Source of the DNA: a virus
Taxonomy: Duplodnaviria > Caudoviricetes
DNA: 48,184 bases
Virus record (IMG/VR): IMGVR_UViG_3300046055_000010
Location: 1 to 48,184 of that record
Reading direction: 5' to 3' (one strand)
A program made the translations under genes and the position numbers. Shown in pieces: positions 36,201 through 43,920 of the stretch (the first letter of the stretch is position 1; every line of letters begins with the position of its first letter). Below the pieces are notes generated by a model. That model did not search any database, was not told the origin of the DNA, and saw only the letters and a list, made by a program, of their open reading frames with translations.

Positions 36201-38162
36201 AACCGGCTCGGGTAGAAGTGGGAATATCGCCGTGAATATCCCCATCATGCGCGACCCGAACGATCGAACGCGGGAAACCAGCGTGTTCAGCCCCGAGGAT
36301 AGTTTCGAACTGATTAGCGGCATGAAACGTTCCACGGCCACTTGTCCCGTCCGCATTGCGTGCGACCACATACTGCTACTTTGATCTTTGAACCCGAGCA
36401 ATCGGGATAGAATCGCGCCGATACCAGCCCCGGCCGCGGTCGCCGCCGAGCGAAAGGCGTTCTGAACGTCTTCCGGCATGGGTCCAAAAATCGCGCTCCA
36501 CGTATCGGTTAGGAGTATCGCCAGCGAGTCGAACAGTTGCGAAAGACCGTTAATTCCCACCTTCGCCCCCGCCTTCGCTTCCGAAAATGCGTAAGATAGG
36601 TGTTCCCGGAACTTCGGTCCGTTCCCCGCCAAGAGCGCGTTCCACGCCGTCGAAGCCGAGCGAATCGATTCGCGTACCCATGTTAGCGCGCCGCCAATAT
36701 CCTCGCTCAGGATATACGACGCCATGCCTTTCCATCCCGATCGGAACGCATCAACACCGCGACGGACGCCAGCGATTAGCCCGTTAACGGACGCACGAAC
36801 CGACGACACCGCCGAGTACGTCGCGTCTTGAACGCCGAACAGGTTTCGCTTCCACGCGACGTATAGCCCGCCGACAGCGGCCGCGACGACTCCGATCGGA
36901 CCCGCCAGCCCGACGAAAGCGCTTCCCAATCCAGATATTAGGGGCAAAGCCGGACCGATAGTTTGAACCAGCAAACCAAGAACGGGCAATAGCCCCCCGA
37001 CGACGCCCGAAACCAGCGCGACCGCGCCCGCCGCGCCGTTCGTCGCGCTGTTGAGTTCCGAAAACGCGCTAACGGCCGATGTTAGAATCTCCACCGCCGA
37101 TTTCACGTAGGGGATGAACACGCGGCCCGTTTGGATACCCACGTTCGTAACGGCGTTTCGTAGTTGCTGGATTTGCGCCGAAAGCGATTTGGTTGCTATC
37201 TCAAATTCCTCTTGCAACGAAGTGTTTTCTTTGAACGCCGACGCCGACATACCGAGCGCCTTGCGGGTGTCTTCAAGATTCTTCCCCATGTTCGTTAGCG
37301 CCATTCGGCTGAACGAACTGAGCGTTCCGCGCAATTGCTCGGCTTGTTTTCCCCCGCCCTTCATGGCTTCCGCCATGCGGAGCATGAGCTTAGTGGGGTC
37401 TTCGTCTCGCATATTGGTAAATTCCTCAGAAGTCATGTTTAGCGCGCTCGCAAGATCGCCAACTTTCTTCGGCGAAGTCATTTCTTGGGATACACGCCGA
37501 AGCCCGCGGCCGGCCATACTCGCCGATTGATACATCTCATTCATCGAACCAGCGAGCGCCGCGATTTCAGTGTTTGTCGCGCCAAGCGAGGAAAGGGACC
37601 CCGCGGATTGGAGCATATTTTCAGTAATCTCCCCCGCCGAAGTCGCCATGTTATTTGAAAGTTCATTGATAGACGATCCGAGGTTTTCGATTTTCGGGAT
37701 AGGGGTTTCGGTTAGCGTGGCGAGTTTGGCGAACGATTCGCCCGCTTCGTCGGTACTCAAATCCGTCGCCGACGCCATTTTCGCCACGGATTCTGTGAAA
37801 TTTGTAATATTTTCAGTTCCTTGAACTCCGAACCGACCAGCGGCGGCCGCGATTTTGCCGAGTTCGTTCGTCGCTATCGGGATTTCATCGGCCAAATCCC
37901 GGATTTTTTGATCCAGCCCGGCGGCCACTTCCGCGCTGGTCACTTTCTTCATTTCACGAACGGTATCGTTCCACTTCGACGCCGCGCCGACCGCCTTCGC
38001 TATTCCGTAGCCGCTCGCGGCCGCCATAGCCGCGCCCATGCCGGCGACCGCTTTCTGAAACCCGGTAATGTTACCGATTGATTGGGAAAGCGTAGAATCC
38101 AAATCCTGCGAATCGCCCGTAACCCTAACTTCCATTTCATTATCGCCACCGGCCCCAAACAT
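33243..38162 (-). CDS. Tail tape measure protein
   Basis: 1639 aa, Ala/Gly-rich; TP901-type N-terminal region; periodic Trp; PFSPAKEGPLSDL near the C-terminus. Confidence 0.95.
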   Translation of the reverse strand: MFGAGGDNEMEVRVTGDSQDLDSTLSQSIGNITGFQKAVAGMGAAMAAASGYGIAKAVGAASKWNDTVREMKKVTSAEVAAGLDQKIRDLADEIPIATNELGKIAAAAGRFGVQGTENITNFTESVAKMASATDLSTDEAGESFAKLATLTETPIPKIENLGSSINELSNNMATSAGEITENMLQSAGSLSSLGATNTEIAALAGSMNEMYQSASMAGRGLRRVSQEMTSPKKVGDLASALNMTSEEFTNMRDEDPTKLMLRMAEAMKGGGKQAEQLRGTLSSFSRMALTNMGKNLEDTRKALGMSASAFKENTSLQEEFEIATKSLSAQIQQLRNAVTNVGIQTGRVFIPYVKSAVEILTSAVSAFSELNSATNGAAGAVALVSGVVGGLLPVLGLLVQTIGPALPLISGLGSAFVGLAGPIGVVAAAVGGLYVAWKRNLFGVQDATYSAVSSVRASVNGLIAGVRRGVDAFRSGWKGMASYILSEDIGGALTWVRESIRSASTAWNALLAGNGPKFREHLSYAFSEAKAGAKVGINGLSQLFDSLAILLTDTWSAIFGPMPEDVQNAFRSAATAAGAGIGAILSRLLGFKDQSSSMWSHAMRTGQVAVERFMPLISSKLSSGLNTLVSRVRSFGSRMMGIFTAIFPLLPEPVQSAINRINKLWQTHGVAIVSKAKTAYQNAVAAVRSVVGTLATEIRKTLSYATGIWQAHKASVMREARLAYRGAVTSVRTALNGVQTAIESRLTDALGIWRSHTAKVKGQASNAYQGAANTVRAKLTQIGTAVRSKLLALSKWWSKHGAQLRTRATAAYQGALNAVRSKIALVRTAIQSRLTQISNLWATHGTKLIASVRSAYSRLVSTTRTLITKATNVWRNHSQKIKTAVTTGIGAAITLYAGRISKLITLVRSGITKASYEWQKHGSKVKTALTKVGTALAPYKKKLAGLGVALTSFGVTSGATRSKILKFATAISGRALGALRSVGTFVTGSILPVLRGGLIPAIKNTASAFATRLKSGAGVANSAFQKLKGILLSSSKRLRSARGKVTSLATKLRGVLGKAVAVLRGRFASFASVLSGRVPGPIKRIISTAGRLASKLGGPLLSKVGSIIARFGSFALRIGSVGSKLSLLTNPIGIVVAAVGGLYLAWKENILGIQDITRDIFNAVKALLRGDMDSMRSNVSSGTSRIKEAWGQIRSVIDTAREIFGMVKSVIKDVMKFLWKNAVKPAVDRILEIWNTRGDEIMESVGELVSFLKTTFKAVFGTLMFLWQNFGDEIQTITKGVFDVLGTIIDGALDLIITSFDVFTDILSGDWEGAWDKIKGYVDRTFGRIGSLVNTFVETFLGVIDGLIESTIGFFQDMYDAIVGNSIIPEMFSAIKDATTEFISKFLEFFGGLVDDATDKATDLKDNVIEKVESLYEDGKDTIDEMKSKIVDKLGNLASDAKTEANDLKDDVLSAFESLYEDATDEVSNMASDVMDYLTGDKGPLGNVKSAGKSLISGFVEGIKNKVGDVKDAVDNVVGKARDKLPFSPAKEGPLSDLDETGPAFVQEIAGGIVANTDELADAAQLAASAAKVPMPAADDFGLSADELASANRPRGPAPDGSGGGTTNEFKVEVHANSRREGREAAKGFTSGLRSYGFD

Positions 38163-38377
38163 AGGTTAGCTAACACCTACAAAGGTGTGGTAAACTCGGC
38201 GAGGAAATCGATAGGTTTTCGCGGCTATTCGCGTCATGCTTCGCGTTTCGCGCGAACACTATAATGCGTTTCCCTCCTTGCGAAGTCAATCGGTCCGTAT
38301 GACGCGCCGCTCCGTCTTACGCGCCGGTTTCGCTATTCACGTGAAAAGCAGGCCGGTAGAACGTAGCAAACAGTATA

Positions 38378-38453
38378 TTGTGGCGGTCGGAATTGAACCG
38401 ACGGTCTCGTGGTCCAAAGCCACGCGCCTATCGCCAGCATAGGCCGCGCCACT
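38378..38453 (-). tRNA. tRNA-Gln(TTG), non-canonical
   Basis: Cloverleaf: GTGGCG/CGCCAC acceptor, GCCT/AGGC D-stem, CGTGG-CTTTGGA-CCACG, GTCGG-TTCAATT-CCGAC; C8 and 1:72 mismatch; no encoded CCA. Confidence 0.8.
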
Positions 38454-38539
38454 GCAAACCGTTAGCCGCTTCGGTAGCGAGAAAGCTATCGCTTTCGGTC
38501 GAATCTTCCAGAAAGGAGGTCGGCGGTCGTTTGCCGCGC

Positions 38540-39039
38540 CTACGCTTCGGCTTGGGCGTCGATTTGCCAGCCGGTGCGCTGTTCGTATTCGACTGTCGCG
38601 CTGGTTCCGTCGCGCGCAACCTTCGCGTCCGACCCGACACGCCGAGTTTTGCCCGCCGCTCCGTCGCGCCGACATTCCATAACGACGCCGCCGCGTTTGA
38701 TCGATAGGAGCGCCCAGCGGCCGGACCCCGTGATAATCCGAACACCGCCGCGGTTCGACTTCGCAACGTAGCCGTCGCCCGTGACGCGCTCGCCGTCTTC
38801 GTTCTCGTAATCGTACCGAACGCCTTCGCCGTTCTCCACGATTCGGCGAGTTCTCGGTCTACGCTGAACTCGGGCGCGTCGGGTTCGTCGCCGACGCCTT
38901 CATACTCGTCGCAAAGGATGACGGCCATTGCATCCAGCCCGTCGCGGGCGAGGGCGTGAATAGCTTCGCGGTGTTCTTCGCCCGGAACTTCCTCAATCGA
39001 CTCCGCTTCGTCGTCGGCTTCGGTAGGCGTTCGTGCCAT
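38540..39039 (-). pseudogene. MARTPT-leader cassette gene 4, apparently frameshifted near 38842
   Basis: Acidic frame from 39039 loses its composition after DRELAE; acidic sequence continues in frame 38540-38839. Confidence 0.6.
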
Positions 39040-39063
39040 ATCTAAAGCCATGAGCGCTACCAT

Positions 39064-39088
39064 CATAAGTGTAACGGTATCGTTACAC
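39064..39088 (-). promoter_or_regulatory. Cassette promoter palindrome GTGTAACGGTATCGTTACAC plus CTTATG
   Basis: Identical to 6046-6065, same spacing to ATG. Confidence 0.8.
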
Positions 39089-39090
39089 GG

Positions 39091-39384
39091 CTATCCGACG
39101 CCTTCGACAGCGGTGGTTTCTCGGGTTTCGGACGGGTCGGGTCCGGGTTCCCAGTCGCCGGACTGTATCTTTCTGTCGAACTTTTTCAAGTTCGCTCGGT
39201 CTTTTTGATCGATACACTTCTCAGCGTCTTCCTCTAACTGCCGCTGTAGCTGATACCCCGCCCATAGGATGCGGATTTCAGGGAACATGAGACGGTAGAA
39301 GGACGTGTCGCCGATAAATCGGTAGCCCTTCTCATGGAGCCAATTGATGAAGCCCGCATTGCGGTCGAACTCGTTCAGTTTCCC
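39091..39384 (-). CDS. -1 frameshift extension of the tail assembly chaperone (lambda gpGT-like)
   Basis: Slippery G GGA AAC (39378-39384) just before the stop; -1 frame open to 39091. Confidence 0.8.
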   Translation of the reverse strand, partial: GKLNEFDRNAGFINWLHEKGYRFIGDTSFYRLMFPEIRILWAGYQLQRQLEEDAEKCIDQKDRANLKKFDRKIQSGDWEPGPDPSETRETTAVEGVG

Positions 39385-40004
39385 GGTTCTTCAAACTCTA
39401 TCTCCGCGTTCCCCTCGTTATCCATTTGCAAATCTGCCTCGATACCGCTGGCGTCGAACAGCGAGAGAATGACGTTGCGCGGGTACATCGGCCGCATGTT
39501 TTTGATTAGCGTCCCCGTGACGCGGCCCCGATCGCTAAGCTCAGATAAGTTGGGTTCGTTCAGGTGGAAGTGAATCACCTTGGCGAGGGTTTCCGGGTCG
39601 GCTTCGGTCGCCGCGCCAGCGTCGCCGAAGTAGTTCTGAACGTCGCCGTAGTTAAGCGGCGTAAAGTTGCACATCCCCACACCGGGAACCATCTTGTCGA
39701 TCGGGTTGCGGTCTGCTTCGCCGTCACGGGTTAGTCCGAAGTCTTCGGGGTTCGCATACTCCGGTTCTGGCTGTCCCTGTTCGTCCCACATCTTCGGCCC
39801 GTCGTCGCCGTTATCGTCGTGTTGGCCGCTCACATCGCGCTGGTCCTGTTTGCTCACATCCGAAGGGGTAGCGCCCGCGTTCGCCGCGTCGTCGCTCATG
39901 CCGTCGCTGGGAGCGTTCTCGTCGCCTGCATTACTTTCGTGGCTTGCGGGTGGCCCGCTGTCGTTCTCGGGTTCGCTCGGTCGCTCCGGATTTTGTTCGC
40001 TCAT
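39375..40004 (-). CDS. Tail assembly chaperone
   Basis: Between tail tube and tape measure; ends in a slippery heptamer. Confidence 0.8.
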   Translation of the reverse strand: MSEQNPERPSEPENDSGPPASHESNAGDENAPSDGMSDDAANAGATPSDVSKQDQRDVSGQHDDNGDDGPKMWDEQGQPEPEYANPEDFGLTRDGEADRNPIDKMVPGVGMCNFTPLNYGDVQNYFGDAGAATEADPETLAKVIHFHLNEPNLSELSDRGRVTGTLIKNMRPMYPRNVILSLFDASGIEADLQMDNEGNAEIEFEEPGN

Positions 40005-40113
40005 TGCAACGGTCCGTATGACGCGCCGCTCCTTATGGATACCGGCGATTGCACCGAGCGCGAAAGCTACCGCTTTGCGTCGAATGTCCCAGAAAAAGCT
40101 ATTCAGCGAGCCC

Positions 40114-40557
40114 TTACCAGTCGAAAAACTGAATGTCGAAGGAGTAGTAACATTCAGCGTTAACGTCGCTGTTCTCGTGGAAGCCCGTAATGTGACCGAA
40201 CTCGCCGTTCGCGCCGTAGATGTTTTCGCCGCCGGTCGCTTCTATCGCCCAGTTACCCGGCCCGCCTTCCCAAGAAACCGTCCAACACGGGCCGCTGTCT
40301 CGCTTCGTTTGCGTTTCTTCGCGGTCGTAGATGCGAATGGCGTCGCCGCCACCCAAATCCTCGGAAAGGAAACGATGAACGGCCTTCGCCGCGCCCGTCG
40401 CGGTCTTGTAATCGCTAATGTCGAGAACCTTGTCGGCCCAATCGATCGGGCCGGCGTTCTCGCCTTCGTCGTCGGTCGCTTCGTCGGATTCGGGGAAGAC
40501 GAACCCCCCGATATTCTCAGTCGTTTCGTCGTCGGCTTGGGTAGGCGTTCGTGCCAT
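40114..40557 (-). CDS. MARTPT-leader cassette gene 5, hypothetical
   Basis: Leader MARTPTQADD; acidic; T-tract downstream on the minus strand. Confidence 0.8.
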   Translation of the reverse strand: MARTPTQADDETTENIGGFVFPESDEATDDEGENAGPIDWADKVLDISDYKTATGAAKAVHRFLSEDLGGGDAIRIYDREETQTKRDSGPCWTVSWEGGPGNWAIEATGGENIYGANGEFGHITGFHENSDVNAECYYSFDIQFFDW

Positions 40558-40581
40558 ACCCAAAGCAATGCACCCCGACAC

Positions 40582-40606
40582 CATAAGTGTAACGGTATCG
40601 TTACAC
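40582..40606 (-). promoter_or_regulatory. Cassette promoter palindrome GTGTAACGGTATCGTTACAC plus CTTATG
   Basis: Identical to 6046-6065 and 39069-39088. Confidence 0.8.
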
Positions 40607-40678
40607 AGCTATCCGACGCCTTCGACCAGAACGCCAAAAGATGCGAGCGAGTTCCGAAAGCGTTCGCCGCTGAGCGGG

Positions 40679-41971
40679 TTAGGCTTCCGTGACGGTGATA
40701 CCCGTACCGCTATGGGTGTTTTCGACCGTCATAACAGCCTGTTCCGATTCGGCTGAAATGTCCCCGGCGTCGGTGAGCGTGGCGTTATCCACGATCAAAT
40801 CACCGCCGCGAAGACTCCACCGATGGTCGCGCGCCGTGTTGGTGAGATAGTCCACGAGGTAATCGTGCGACGTGCTTTCGCCGTACATCGTCGTTTCGAG
40901 GTCCAAATCGCGGTTCTGAGCATACAGCGCCATGCCGTAGCCTTCGGACCGCTCCATTTCTTGAACGTTGTTTGAAACGGTAATCGTGGCCGACTGAACC
41001 TCGTGCGGGACGGGGTTCGCTTCGGCCATGATGGAGTCGCCGATGAACGTCTCGACTTCGGGAACAGCGCCTTCGCCTTCGCGCGTCCCGGCGTCTTGGA
41101 TGGTCGGAACGCCAAGGTCGCCCTCGCCGGGAACGCCGTAGGTGTCGCTACCAAGGATGACGCCAAGCGTGTCGCCTTCGGTGGGCGCGGATGGGTCGTT
41201 TGTGTTAATGACCAGCCGAACGTCGCCGACCGCGCCAGTTACGAGTTCAAACCCATCGACGTTATTGTAGGTCTCTTGGAGCGAAACCAGCGAATCGCCG
41301 TTCAGCGAGACAGTTTCGTTCGTCCCGCCGCCTTCATTTTCTACGATAACGTCCATCGTATCGTTCGGGTCGCTCGAAACCACGGCGAGGTTAACCGCGC
41401 CTTCGCCGTCGGTCGGCTGGTCGATCTTGAACGATCGCATCCGCGACGCGATATACGACAGTTCGACGCTCACCGGCTGGCTATCGGAAGGGTCGCCGCT
41501 TACCTCAGCTTCGTCCGCCAGCGCTCCGCGGGCGACTTTATAGAGTCGCTGAGGTCGGTCGGTCCCGCCGCTATGAGTCGATTGCTGGTTGACCAACTGC
41601 TTGTTCTCGCGGTCTACGATGGTATGGCTGTTAGCGAGTTTGTTATCGGCGTCCCGAAGAACGGCGTCATAGGTCGCGTCCCACGGGTTCCCGCCGTTCT
41701 GGGTGAGCCATTTGCACAAGTCATACGCAATCGTTAGTTCGTGACTCTCGGGACCTCGATTGAACTCTTTCGGGTCGGGATTGCTCATGACCCGTCGTTC
41801 TTCGATCGATGCGCCCGGCGAGAACTCCACGCTGTTCATTCCATCGGAGTAAAGCAGGAACTCGCGGGTATCTTGTAGATAGCCGCGGTTCGTTTTCCGT
41901 TCTCGCGCGAAGTGCGTCCGATGGTTGCGAAGCCCGCTTTCCGGGTTCGACGGTGTTGATAGTTCTGGCAT
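40679..41971 (-). CDS. Major tail tube protein
   Basis: 430 aa beta-rich; SATITVSNNV motif; upstream of chaperone and tape measure. Confidence 0.75.
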   Translation of the reverse strand: MPELSTPSNPESGLRNHRTHFARERKTNRGYLQDTREFLLYSDGMNSVEFSPGASIEERRVMSNPDPKEFNRGPESHELTIAYDLCKWLTQNGGNPWDATYDAVLRDADNKLANSHTIVDRENKQLVNQQSTHSGGTDRPQRLYKVARGALADEAEVSGDPSDSQPVSVELSYIASRMRSFKIDQPTDGEGAVNLAVVSSDPNDTMDVIVENEGGGTNETVSLNGDSLVSLQETYNNVDGFELVTGAVGDVRLVINTNDPSAPTEGDTLGVILGSDTYGVPGEGDLGVPTIQDAGTREGEGAVPEVETFIGDSIMAEANPVPHEVQSATITVSNNVQEMERSEGYGMALYAQNRDLDLETTMYGESTSHDYLVDYLTNTARDHRWSLRGGDLIVDNATLTDAGDISAESEQAVMTVENTHSGTGITVTEA

Positions 41972-41973
41972 GT

Positions 41974-42426
41974 TCAGGTATCCTCGTTATCGGTATCGGT
42001 CTGTATGTTGCTGTCGGTGTCGATGTTGCTGCCTGTTTCGTCGTCGCTATCCGCATCCGCATCGTCTTCGGCGTCCGCGTCGCCTTCCGGTTCGACGGTG
42101 ATTGATTCGCTTGCGACGACCTCGCCCGTGTCGTCGGGAGATTCGTCGCTGTTGCCGTCGCGGTCGTCTTCGGCGTCGTCGCCCGCCCCGCCGTCGCCGT
42201 CGGTATCAGCGCCCGTCTGAGCGTCATTCTCGTCGCCGTCCGCATCGTCGTCTGCGTCGGCCGCATCAACGACGTGCGGGTAGTTGGTCGTTAGAGCTAT
42301 GCCGTCCTCGCCGCTCACCTGAGCCTTTGAGTTATCCGACCATTCGATTTTGCCCGGTATCTCAGGCGGGTTCCATTCGCCGGGAGCGTCGTCATCGGGC
42401 CGGATTAGTGTGTTTTTAATCCACAT
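41974..42426 (-). CDS. Hypothetical protein with highly acidic tail
   Basis: Start reassigned to MWIKNT; Asp-rich C-terminus. Confidence 0.65.
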   Translation of the reverse strand: MWIKNTLIRPDDDAPGEWNPPEIPGKIEWSDNSKAQVSGEDGIALTTNYPHVVDAADADDDADGDENDAQTGADTDGDGGAGDDAEDDRDGNSDESPDDTGEVVASESITVEPEGDADAEDDADADSDDETGSNIDTDSNIQTDTDNEDT

Positions 42427-42808
42427 TTCTCGGTTCGTTCTCCGTATCGTTCTCGCCTCGATTCGATTCGTCGGGTCCGTTCGCGTCGCCGTCGCGCTGG
42501 CGTTTTCGTTCTCGCCGGTCGCGCAACGTCTTGTATAGCTGTTCGACCGCGAAGATGACGCCACCATACGCCGCTATTCGCGTGGCGATAGATTCTGGCG
42601 TCACGGCTTCGGGTCCGGCTACGTAGCCGTCCATCGCACCGATACCGGCAGCGACCAGCACCGTCGGGATTGATTTGCGAACGTCCCATGTTTCAGTTTC
42701 TCGCGTTGCGTCTTCGCGTTTTCGCGCGAAGGCGATAAAACCATAGGTTGCGCCGGCCGCCGCACCCATAATGGCGTTAACGCCGGCTTCAACGGGGTCG
42801 CCCGGCAT
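42416..42808 (-). CDS. Membrane protein, holin-like
   Basis: Hydrophobic segments and charged C-terminus; start reassigned to MPGDPV. Confidence 0.55.
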   Translation of the reverse strand: MPGDPVEAGVNAIMGAAAGATYGFIAFARKREDATRETETWDVRKSIPTVLVAAGIGAMDGYVAGPEAVTPESIATRIAAYGGVIFAVEQLYKTLRDRRERKRQRDGDANGPDESNRGENDTENEPRNVD

Positions 42809-42809
42809 T

Positions 42810-42989
42810 TTAGCCCCCGCTCCCGTCGTCTTCGTCGGCCGGATTCGCCGCAAAGTCCTGATTCGATTTGCGCGACTGCCGGGCTTCCTCGTTCGTTTCG
42901 TCGTTCTGTTCGTCTTCGTCTTCGTCTTCGTCGTCGTTCCCCGATTCGTCTTCGTCGTTACGATCGGGGTAGAATCTTGTTTGTCCCAT
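42810..42989 (-). CDS. Small very acidic protein
   Basis: Fills the gap between coupled genes. Confidence 0.5.
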   Translation of the reverse strand: MGQTRFYPDRNDEDESGNDDEDEDEDEQNDETNEEARQSRKSNQDFAANPADEDDGSGG

Positions 42990-42991
42990 GT

Positions 42992-43426
42992 TCAGGTTCC
43001 TTTTCTCCACTCAGGCGGGCCGTCTGTCGGGCTGTTTGCGTTAATCGACGCCAGCGTTTCGTCGGATATACCCCACGATAACCAGCCGACGAAGACGCCC
43101 ACGCCAAACAGCGACCCCGATAGCGCTATGCCGATAATCGCACCGGGGTACGGGAACATGTAGTTTTGCGCACCATACGCCAGCAGGAAAAAGACGACGC
43201 CAGCGAAGCCAAGCGGTGCAAGGACTATCGACGGGAATGGCCGCGGGCTCTTGAACTCAAGAAAGCACATACTCGCCATGAGCGCCAGCCCCGTTGCATA
43301 GCATAGGAGATAGAGCAATGCCGGGGCTTCGGTGAGCGCCACGGAATCGCCGGTTAGTTGTAACGCCACTGTTGAACCACCGAACGCAACGACTACTTTT
43401 TGCGCCGCGGTAAGTTCGACCATCAC
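42992..43426 (-). CDS. Membrane protein (3-4 TM)
   Basis: Multiple hydrophobic helices. Confidence 0.65.
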   Translation of the reverse strand: MMVELTAAQKVVVAFGGSTVALQLTGDSVALTEAPALLYLLCYATGLALMASMCFLEFKSPRPFPSIVLAPLGFAGVVFFLLAYGAQNYMFPYPGAIIGIALSGSLFGVGVFVGWLSWGISDETLASINANSPTDGPPEWRKGT

Positions 43427-43523
43427 GCATCACCATTGCTCCGCGTCGGCCTTTGTTCTTCGACATTGTTTTCGCCGTTGCAGCCGGTAATGTTCGTTTT
43501 CATCGTTTCCATCATTCTGATTT

Positions 43524-43898
43524 TTACCCACGTCCTTCGCCGTCGCCACCGGAACCGTTGCGCTGTAGGATTAGCAGCGTCACGACCGTCCCGAGAACCG
43601 ACGCTACGATGGTCGGTTGCGGGGCGTAGCCCGGAAGAAACGCTTCTAACCCCAGCATGAACGCCACGATAAGGGTTAGAATCCACGATATGCGCGAACG
43701 GGTCCGGTAGGAGTGTTTCTTTAGCTCCTTTCGCGGGTTCTCCGTCATACCGGCGGCCGCTTCCGCCGTCGCGGTCGCAGCGTCTTCGGCCGCCTGAGCT
43801 ATGTCGTTCGGATGGTCTTCGCCGTCCCTTCGCTTCCCTGTCTGTTCGCCGCTCGGTTCGTCTTCGCCCGCTTCGGTTGTTTGGCGTTTGTCTGTCAT
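43524..43898 (-). CDS. Membrane protein (2 TM)
   Basis: ISWILTLIVAFMLGL and IVASVLGTVVTLLIL. Confidence 0.65.
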   Translation of the reverse strand: MTDKRQTTEAGEDEPSGEQTGKRRDGEDHPNDIAQAAEDAATATAEAAAGMTENPRKELKKHSYRTRSRISWILTLIVAFMLGLEAFLPGYAPQPTIVASVLGTVVTLLILQRNGSGGDGEGRG

Positions 43899-43920
43899 TC
43901 ATCGGTATGGGGTAGCGTCA

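Noticed and set aside
38428-38840. C-terminal half of the 212-aa ORF 38428-39066
   Set aside because: Arg/Ala-rich, overlaps the tRNA, and an acidic alternative frame covers the same DNA.
20-40027. Repeated 17-bp and 20-bp palindromes as a CRISPR array
   Set aside because: Dispersed over 40 kb, not regularly spaced, and no cas genes.
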